From IMG/VR virus record IMGVR_UViG_3300033120_000711: a stretch of DNA of 64,000 nt, one strand, 5' to 3'. Below the pieces are notes generated by a model that saw nothing but the letters and a program-made list of their open reading frames with translations, was not told the origin of the DNA and did not search any database. Shown piece by piece: positions 57,684 to 64,000 of the stretch (position 1 is the stretch's first letter; each line of letters begins with the position of its first letter). Source of the DNA: an uncultured virus (IMG/VR IMGVR_UViG_3300033120_000711) (taxonomy: Duplodnaviria; Heunggongvirae; Uroviricota; Caudoviricetes). The translations under genes and the position numbers were made by a program.

Positions 57684-57758
57684 TCCGCATTACAGGAATC
57701 GAACCTGCCTAAATATTCGGTCTACAGCCGAACGCTTGTGCCAATCAGCCAAATGCGG
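57684..57758 (-). tRNA. tRNA-Tyr(GTA), archaeal type
   Basis: CCGCATT/AATGCGG-A acceptor (C1:G72), anticodon arm TTCGG-CTGTAGA-CCGAA, short variable loop, no encoded CCA. Confidence 0.9.
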
Positions 57759-57808
57759 GCTTTATTTACTTGAATAGGTTTCGTTTTCGTAATAATCATC
57801 AGGTAGAT

Positions 57809-58039
57809 CTAAACTATCAAATTCAAAAGTCCTTGTCTTTTATATTCGCTTAATTCTTTTCTTAAATATTTAATCTCTTCTAACGCAGCTCCATATCCCC
57901 AAGTGGAGAAAATTAGATCTGATAATTCATAAGGTAAAAGATTCCCATCTTTTATCCACTTTTCAAACCTATTTGATAGATCCTCTGCTTTGTTCGCATC
58001 AAACTCTACCATTTCTCCCATTAAATTTTTGATCATCAA
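57809..58039 (-). CDS. Hypothetical protein within the tRNA cluster
   Basis: 76-aa ORF with AGGAG RBS. Confidence 0.45.
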   Translation of the reverse strand: MMIKNLMGEMVEFDANKAEDLSNRFEKWIKDGNLLPYELSDLIFSTWGYGAALEEIKYLRKELSEYKRQGLLNLIV

Positions 58040-58054
58040 AATCTCCTGATTATA

Positions 58055-58128
58055 TGGACGGTGGTGGGGCTCGAACCCACAGCTTCTACCATGCCAAGGT
58101 AGCGGTCTTCCAATTGGCCTACACGCCC
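58055..58128 (-). tRNA. tRNA-Ala(GGC)
   Basis: CTACC-TTGGCAT-GGTAG anticodon arm, G3:U70 pair, T-arm GTGGG-TTCGAGC-CCCAC; one bulged C in the acceptor stem. Confidence 0.85.
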
Positions 58129-58131
58129 AAA

Positions 58132-58215
58132 TGCCACCTGTCGGATTTGAACCGACGAACCCCTACGGGAAAGGATCTTAAGTCCCTCGCGTTTTCCTGA
58201 CTTCGCTAAGATGGC
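58132..58215 (-). tRNA. tRNA-Leu(TAA)
   Basis: GCCATCT/AGGTGGC-A acceptor, AGGGA-CTTAAGA-TCCTT anticodon arm, long variable arm. Confidence 0.9.
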
Positions 58216-58242
58216 ACAATACTATTAATGTCAAAATAGTAT

Positions 58243-58602
58243 TTATAGTTTTTGGTCTTGTAGCCACTTAATTGCTTTTAAGTAAGTATCTAAAAATGCC
58301 TCTGCAATTTTGTATTTACCAAAGGATCTAAAGTTTTTATCCGAATAGCACTCAAATGGAATAGTAATTGTTACATAATGAGTATTATGAAATTTTTCCG
58401 CGATCCAATACCATTTCCTTCTCTCTATTTCTCTTTGGATACACCCCTGAATATAGTCTGACTCGGGAGGACTGTCATCGTAATTTTGTGCCCAACGGTC
58501 GTAATTTCCATTATATTCTCCTCCAATGTAACCAAACTCTGAAATTTCCGTCCACAACTTAAAATCTACGGATTTAAGTTCTTTAAGTTTTTCTACTAAC
58601 AT
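58243..58602 (-). CDS. Hypothetical protein (paralog of 60144-60506)
   Basis: QGCIQR.I.RRKW.W...A.LD.Y shared with ORF 60144. Confidence 0.55.
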   Translation of the reverse strand: MLVEKLKELKSVDFKLWTEISEFGYIGGEYNGNYDRWAQNYDDSPPESDYIQGCIQREIERRKWYWIAEKFHNTHYVTITIPFECYSDKNFRSFGKYKIAEAFLDTYLKAIKWLQDQKL

Positions 58603-58883
58603 AAAAGTTCCTCAATAACTTTATCTATAAAATCATTTGTACAATGGTCGTCATATTTAAAACATTTTACCCATCGTCCGTCTATAGATTCCCATTTTTC
58701 TTTAATAGCTCCAACGTCAATCCCATGACAAATTCCGTGCCAAACATCTTCTTTACTTAATTCGGTTAATGTTACTAAACCAGAAAAATAAGGTAATGGA
58801 TAATGTCTACAGGCAACTAATACTTTTAGGTTCCGAGGAAGTAAGTCCCATTTTTCCTGGTTAAAGTTTCCCTTCATTTCCAT
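58596..58883 (-). CDS. Hypothetical protein, possibly winged helix
   Basis: Translationally coupled ORF. Confidence 0.45.
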   Translation of the reverse strand: MEMKGNFNQEKWDLLPRNLKVLVACRHYPLPYFSGLVTLTELSKEDVWHGICHGIDVGAIKEKWESIDGRWVKCFKYDDHCTNDFIDKVIEELLC

Positions 58884-59884
58884 TCCTCCTCGTCGTGACT
58901 ACTTAATCCTACAATACTCCAATCTGTGACTCCATAGGACATTACATTCCCTCCAGAACAGCCTCTATATCTACGAGGTCCAGTCATTGCCTCATCTACG
59001 ATTTTATTGAATTTTGATACGACATCTTCTTTTTTAGGAGAAACCTTTTCTACAGGAGCAATACTTGGCGTCATTTCTTCTGTTATAGGATATCTAATAC
59101 AATTTCTGCAAGATTTGTGCCAAACATTTGGTCCGAATCTAATTTCTTTAAACTCGTTCTCCCAAATATCCTTTAAAGATCTCTCAAAGAGATTTCCCTG
59201 GACTGAAACAGAACCAGAAGTTCTTTCGCTTAGACACGGAACAACGTCTCCATCTGCTGTAATTCCACAGGAAACCATTCCCGCAGAACAGGTGTGTTGA
59301 TCTTGCAAATTATCAGCAAGTATGTATTTCATTCCTTTCAAGTCTCTAATTTTCTTTTTGAGATAAGAAATACCAGTAGGGTTTAATAAGAGATCTGACC
59401 CAGTATTCAACTGAATTTGCCAGGACTTAAATGATTGAGCAATTTCAGCTAATTTATCAAATTCCCAAATGTTGTGAGTTCCAAAATTTGTAACCATTAC
59501 TACATCTCTATATGGTACTTTAGAAATATATGTTGGCTTAAGAAAATCATCGGGGTAATTCACAGATAATCCAATTATATTTAATCTACTAATCGCCTTA
59601 GATTTTCCGAGTAATTTTCCATTTGTTATGGCTCGAACGTCGCAATGATATAAAATTTTTAAATCATTAATTATAGATGCCAAATCGTTATCGTCAATTT
59701 CTCCTGGTTCTCCTCCGGACAAAGTAACTACTTCAACTCCATAAGACCCAATTTCTTTTGCGATATGAAGCATACGATCTATAGGTGGATTTGTACTTCT
59801 AAGTTCATTTTTAGATCCGCAGTAGTTACAATGTTTTCCACATTTAAGTGTGATTTCCCAAATAATGTCTTTTAGTTTAAGCAT
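58874..59884 (-). CDS. Radical SAM/SPASM-twitch enzyme
   Basis: WEITLKCGKHCNYCGS, SGGEP, ITNG, CSAG...GITADG.V.PC, GNL.ERSL.DIW, C..C. Confidence 0.9.
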   Translation of the reverse strand: MLKLKDIIWEITLKCGKHCNYCGSKNELRSTNPPIDRMLHIAKEIGSYGVEVVTLSGGEPGEIDDNDLASIINDLKILYHCDVRAITNGKLLGKSKAISRLNIIGLSVNYPDDFLKPTYISKVPYRDVVMVTNFGTHNIWEFDKLAEIAQSFKSWQIQLNTGSDLLLNPTGISYLKKKIRDLKGMKYILADNLQDQHTCSAGMVSCGITADGDVVPCLSERTSGSVSVQGNLFERSLKDIWENEFKEIRFGPNVWHKSCRNCIRYPITEEMTPSIAPVEKVSPKKEDVVSKFNKIVDEAMTGPRRYRGCSGGNVMSYGVTDWSIVGLSSHDEEEWK

Positions 59885-60131
59885 CTTTTTTGATCTCCTT
59901 TATTGCTTCGTAGTTTCTTGAAATTAAACCCGCAACATATTCTCTTGCTTCAGGGTTAAACATTTCATATTTATCAAAATCTGCTAAAACTTTGCTTTTT
60001 ATCTTCTGTTTCTTTTCTAAATCTTTTATAGCGGTCTCTTTTTTCATTCCAACTCCATAGTTTCCCGGAGATTCAGTATCAAAAGCATAGTAAATCTTCT
60101 CTTTGCGAGGTTTAATAACTGTTATTACTAT
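59877..60131 (-). CDS. Hypothetical protein, probable ATA start
   Basis: 84 open codons filling the gap and coupled to the rSAM start; GGAGATGA RBS, in-frame TGA just upstream. Confidence 0.45.
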   Translation of the reverse strand: MVITVIKPRKEKIYYAFDTESPGNYGVGMKKETAIKDLEKKQKIKSKVLADFDKYEMFNPEAREYVAGLISRNYEAIKEIKKDA

Positions 60132-60143
60132 TCAAATCATCTC

Positions 60144-60506
60144 CTATAACCTTTTCTCTAGAATTTTAACTGTCTCGTTATAAGCATCTAATAATGCAAT
60201 TGCAGGATCGTTCCTAGAAATAGTTGTAGTGACTTCATCAGAAATAAGTTCTCCGATGGAAACCTCATAACCAATTAATCTTTCCAGTAAGCCCGTAAAT
60301 GGATTATACAACCCTGTTTGAGTTATTTTCCAGAACCACTTTCTTTTTGTTATTGCTCTTTGGAGACATCCCTGTAACACATCTTTTTCTACTATTGGGT
60401 CAATACCCATTTTCTCGTCCATCGTAGCCAATATAATACTCTGCCATTCTTTATAGGTTTTTTCGTCCTGAAGTTTTAGGACTTCCAATGCGGTATCAAA
60501 TTCCAT
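60144..60506 (-). CDS. Hypothetical protein (paralog of 58243-58602)
   Basis: LQGCLQRAI.KRKWFW...ALLDAY. Confidence 0.55.
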   Translation of the reverse strand: MEFDTALEVLKLQDEKTYKEWQSIILATMDEKMGIDPIVEKDVLQGCLQRAITKRKWFWKITQTGLYNPFTGLLERLIGYEVSIGELISDEVTTTISRNDPAIALLDAYNETVKILEKRL

Positions 60507-60974
60507 ACTTTTTCCCCGTAATCTATTTATTCTATGAAAATATATTCTATTTTGTCTAGTAAAGTAGATAGACAACAGAATCGTGTTCTACAGAGCTAGA
60601 CCTCTTCTATTTCATTTCCTAAAAACCAAGTTATTTTATCTCTGACTTGGAGTATCATAACCTTTACTCGTGGATCATTAATATCATCCCTCTGATATTG
60701 TTCGTCAAGGTAATCCAGGGCTTTTTCTAAAAGAGAAAGGCCATTATCTGTAACTCTATATTCTATTCCCATCTTCCAAACCCCACGTCTTAATATCTTG
60801 TATTATATCCACTAATTTTTCATACTTAGAAAATATTGCTATTCCAGCAAGGGAAACATCAGGATTTTTAGACTCCATTGCTTTTCGGATGGTTTCAATA
60901 AGGTCTTTTTGAATTATTTCAAGATAAACACGGGTCACTGGAGGTTTCCCCGGACAACATCTATCTGTCATATT

Positions 60975-61985
60975 CTACACCTCGTACACTGGACAGGATC
61001 TGCAATTATTTAACAAGAGCTTTCTAAATGATTTAAATTCTGTGCTATACCAAACATTCTGAAGAAAATCTTCTGTCAAATTCAGGTTTCCAACAAAAGA
61101 GACTCCTTCGCAGAATGAACAAGGCCAAGCTTTTCCATTAACATCTATATAGATGCTAAATAAAGTAGACTCACACGGTTCTACATTCTGTTTTAGTCCT
61201 TTTAGCGCACCATACTTTGGGTTTCTATCTAAAAAATCTAAGAACTTTTTAGATGAGCACGAATCAAACCCAAATCTTATCCAGTTGTCTAGGCAATAGC
61301 TTGTGATAGTATCAAATTTTTCTTGATCTATCTTATTATAGTTTTCCCCGCGTCCCTTCTTCTTTAAAGAAAGAAATACTATTGCATTCAGATCCTTCAA
61401 TCTTGGGTCTGTCTCAATATCGTGTATGGTTTCCATACAATTTTCATAAGTTTCTTCTGCCACCAGTTGGTGAATATTGACCTGTTTTAGACCTGCTTCA
61501 GTCAGCTTTTGGACAGCATCATAACACACATTCTTGTTATCATATCGAGATACTGCTACAGCTCCGCAAACCTCAGCTAACTTAAAAGCCCATTCAGGAG
61601 TTAATCCCCATCCATTTATTGTAACATTAGGAACTACACCATTATCTCTGCAATACCAGAAAATATCTAGCATATTTGGATTAGAATTTAAATCCCCAAT
61701 TCCAAATGCAATTTGTAATATGGTATTTGGAAGATTACTAAAGACTTTTTTAAAAGTCTTAAGGTTCATATTCTTTCCGATGCTTGTATTGGATTTATAG
61801 CAGTGTGAGCAAGCCTTCCCTTCTATCCCATGACAAATTGTAGAGATTTCTATATCTGCAAGCTCTGGTCCTATTGGAGAATATTGTGGGTCATCATTAA
61901 ACGTTTTTCCCCATCTTCTAAACTTTCCAGTAACATCATCAAAATCATAGTTATAAAATGGGGTGCGAACTTCCTTAAAATCCAT
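60975..61985 (-). CDS. Radical SAM enzyme with CX7CX2C motif and twitch/SPASM domain
   Basis: PELADIEISTICHGIEGKACSHCY, T.NG, K..GRG, CES...YIDV.G...PCSFC, C..CP. Confidence 0.88.
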   Translation of the reverse strand: MDFKEVRTPFYNYDFDDVTGKFRRWGKTFNDDPQYSPIGPELADIEISTICHGIEGKACSHCYKSNTSIGKNMNLKTFKKVFSNLPNTILQIAFGIGDLNSNPNMLDIFWYCRDNGVVPNVTINGWGLTPEWAFKLAEVCGAVAVSRYDNKNVCYDAVQKLTEAGLKQVNIHQLVAEETYENCMETIHDIETDPRLKDLNAIVFLSLKKKGRGENYNKIDQEKFDTITSYCLDNWIRFGFDSCSSKKFLDFLDRNPKYGALKGLKQNVEPCESTLFSIYIDVNGKAWPCSFCEGVSFVGNLNLTEDFLQNVWYSTEFKSFRKLLLNNCRSCPVYEV

Positions 61986-62235
61986 CTTTTTCACCCATTA
62001 CGGTAAATTCATTTGTTAAATCGATCAAATCTTGGTCGTTTAATTCTTCAGCACGGACCTTAATTTTATCGAGCACGCTCTTTAATTGAAACACCATCTC
62101 TTTATCGAGTTTATATTGCTTACAATTTTTACTACACTCTTCAGATTCTAAAAATAGTAGATCCTCCTTTCCTCTAAATTTTACAATAAAGCTAGAAGAA
62201 CTACTATTGGAAACAAAGCCATTTCTAATCTTCAT
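61975..62235 (-). CDS. GFVSNSSS-tag protein 5
   Basis: MKIRNGFVSNSSSSSFIV. Confidence 0.75.
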   Translation of the reverse strand: MKIRNGFVSNSSSSSFIVKFRGKEDLLFLESEECSKNCKQYKLDKEMVFQLKSVLDKIKVRAEELNDQDLIDLTNEFTVMGEKDGF

Positions 62236-62590
62236 TTTGTAACCACCTTTTAAAACGATCATATGTCTTAAATTTTTCTTTAATTTCGTCCTTAGCGGTA
62301 TCGTAATTTATACCTCTAGATTTGAATATGTAAGATAAAATTTCGCCTTGGTCAAAAGCTAGAAGGTTACATACGGGACATAAAGTAGCCGGAACTTCTC
62401 CGTTCCACTCATCTATTTGTTTTCTAACTTCTGGAGAAAGACAAAATTCGTGAAATATATGTTCGTTCTCACATCTAATCATATTAAAATCAGAAAGACC
62501 AACCTCAAAACCCGCCTCTTCTCCACCGCAAATAGCACATATAAACGAGCTTGAACTCGAATTACTTACAAACCCTGTTCTAGTAATCAT
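62225..62590 (-). CDS. GFVSNSSS-tag protein 4 (zinc-finger body)
   Basis: MITRTGFVSNSSSSSF-ICAIC...C...H.FH..C...CP.C. Confidence 0.75.
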   Translation of the reverse strand: MITRTGFVSNSSSSSFICAICGGEEAGFEVGLSDFNMIRCENEHIFHEFCLSPEVRKQIDEWNGEVPATLCPVCNLLAFDQGEILSYIFKSRGINYDTAKDEIKEKFKTYDRFKRWLQNED

Positions 62591-62763
62591 TCGTAAACCC
62601 TCTCATACTTATTAATAATTTTAGCTTCAACCATCTTGTCCAGCATATTTTCCAATTTGTTTCGATATTCTTCAAATATTTCTAAGGTTATTTCTGTTCC
62701 TTTATATTTTACAATAAAAGAGGCAGAAGAGGAATTACTTACAAATCCTTCTCTAATCTTCAT
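62587..62763 (-). CDS. GFVSNSSS-tag protein 3
   Basis: MKIREGFVSNSSSASFIV; AGGTGA RBS. Confidence 0.75.
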   Translation of the reverse strand: MKIREGFVSNSSSASFIVKYKGTEITLEIFEEYRNKLENMLDKMVEAKIINKYERVYE

Positions 62764-62768
62764 TAAAA

Positions 62769-63203
62769 TCACCTGTTATAGAAATTAAATCTCCACTTAA
62801 ACCTCTTGGACTCTCCTCCGTCTCGAAGGATATAATCATAAATCTCCCCAAGAAGGGTTCCTTCTTCATCACCGAATTGAATCCCATTCTCTCCGGGTGC
62901 GAGGGATTTTGTTCTTTGCGGAGACCAAAACATCCCTTCTTTTTGTTCTTTTTCTCTAGCCTCGTGGCACATTAGATCTATTACCTCTTCAAGAGTTTGG
63001 CATTTAAACATTTTTCCACTATGATCTTGTCTAAACTCCTTTCCGATGATCCTAGTATCAAATTGTTCTTCAAATTCTTTTACTAATTGTGAATTTTCTT
63101 TTATAAATTCACAAAGATGAAGCCTCTCTTTAGTTTTATTCTCAATAATAAAGCTCGTTGAGCTGCTATTTGACACAAATCCATCTCTAGTTTTAATGTC
63201 CAT
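62769..63203 (-). CDS. GFVSNSSS-tag protein 2
   Basis: (MD)IKTRDGFVSNSSSTSFII; possible true start ATT 63197. Confidence 0.75.
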   Translation of the reverse strand: MDIKTRDGFVSNSSSTSFIIENKTKERLHLCEFIKENSQLVKEFEEQFDTRIIGKEFRQDHSGKMFKCQTLEEVIDLMCHEAREKEQKEGMFWSPQRTKSLAPGENGIQFGDEEGTLLGEIYDYILRDGGESKRFKWRFNFYNR

Positions 63204-63573
63204 TCCTCCTGCAATACTCTTTAAGGTCCTCTAAACTACTGAACTGCTCTTTAATTTCTCTTCTATACATATTTAAATCTGATGTAGAAAGGATATATCG
63301 AATTAATATATGTTCTGGAATAATTTCTAAGTTACAAATGGGACAGTACTTTTCTGGAATTTTATTAGGATTCTCTATTTCATCCAACTCTTCTATGGTA
63401 AGTCTCATCCCATCTGGAAGGCACCTAATATGAAATTCATGCCCTATTTCACAACAGAACATATCATTTTCAGTTGGATCTGCATCACCAATCATTTCAT
63501 TCTCTATTCCGCAGATTTGACAAAAAAACGAAGTTGAGGAGGAATTCGAAACAAAGCCAAATCTTCGTTTCAT
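63193..63573 (-). CDS. GFVSNSSS-tag protein 1 (zinc-finger body)
   Basis: MKRRFGFVSNSSSTSF-FCQIC...C...H.FH..C...CP.C. Confidence 0.75.
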   Translation of the reverse strand: MKRRFGFVSNSSSTSFFCQICGIENEMIGDADPTENDMFCCEIGHEFHIRCLPDGMRLTIEELDEIENPNKIPEKYCPICNLEIIPEHILIRYILSTSDLNMYRREIKEQFSSLEDLKEYCRRNGH

Positions 63574-63647
63574 CTATTCTCCCACCCAATTATGAGTCCA
63601 AATAGGAAAATCAGAACTATTTATTAAAGCAAATACTTCTTTCGAAT

Positions 63648-64000
63648 TCATTTTACCATCCACAGCATATCAATTGCAATTTCATACTTCTTTTCCATTC
63701 TTTCTCTTACATCATTAGGAAGATTTTTCATTCGTGGGATACTTGAATTGTGTCGAACATCTTCCCACTTAACATTTATTGCGACTTTTCCTGCGTTAAT
63801 AATTCTTCTAATGTAATCTTTGTATGGTTCATTTTTTAAATGGGTCAGAGCAACTAATGCCTTGGATTCTTCTTCTGTCAATTTAATTCTATTTACAAGA
63901 TCAGAAAGTTCTACTTGAGGACAGTCTTCAAGCACATCATGAAGAACCGCAACAATTCTTTCTGATTCAGTATCCATCTGTGTCATTACATGCAACGGAT
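63648..64000 (-). CDS. HD-domain (p)ppGpp hydrolase-like protein (5' end outside window)
   Basis: PLHVM...AVLHDVLED...V..LTH....Y..YI.R...VK..D..HN. Confidence 0.8.
   Translation of the reverse strand, partial: PLHVMTQMDTESERIVAVLHDVLEDCPQVELSDLVNRIKLTEEESKALVALTHLKNEPYKDYIRRIINAGKVAINVKWEDVRHNSSIPRMKNLPNDVRERMEKKYEIAIDMLWMVK

Noticed and set aside
61975..63573. R-x-G|F in the tag as a class III (prepilin/archaellin) signal peptide
   Set aside because: No hydrophobic helix follows; the segment is polar (SNSSS) and the bodies look cytoplasmic.

Overview
The window is a 64-kb piece of a low-GC tailed dsDNA virus (Caudoviricetes, siphovirus-like), very probably infecting an archaeon, most plausibly a methanogen. 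The host evidence is GGTGA/GGAGG Shine-Dalgarno motifs, BRE-TATA-type promoters, an archaeal-type tRNA-Tyr (C1:G72, short variable loop) and a Pth2 gene. Bases 1-82 are the right end of an IS200/IS605 (tnpB) element. About 0.1-37.4 kb is mostly + strand and holds the virion genes: protease/scaffold, capsid, neck, tape measure, tail and adhesin proteins, tail tube, frameshifted tail chaperone, terminase and portal. These are in a non-canonical order, and nine modules are headed by a conserved 21-bp motif. About 37.3-64 kb is - strand and holds early/replication genes: a UDG-DnaE fusion polymerase, SSB-like protein, DNA methyltransferase, Pth2, NADAR, RNA ligase, phosphoesterase, HD protein, three radical SAM enzymes, three tRNAs and two candidate ncRNAs. 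The most striking unexplained system is five consecutive genes with different bodies that share a fixed-register N-terminal tag MxxRxGFVSNSSSxSF, coupled directly to a radical SAM/SPASM-twitch enzyme. All functional calls come from motif recognition by eye; no searches were run.
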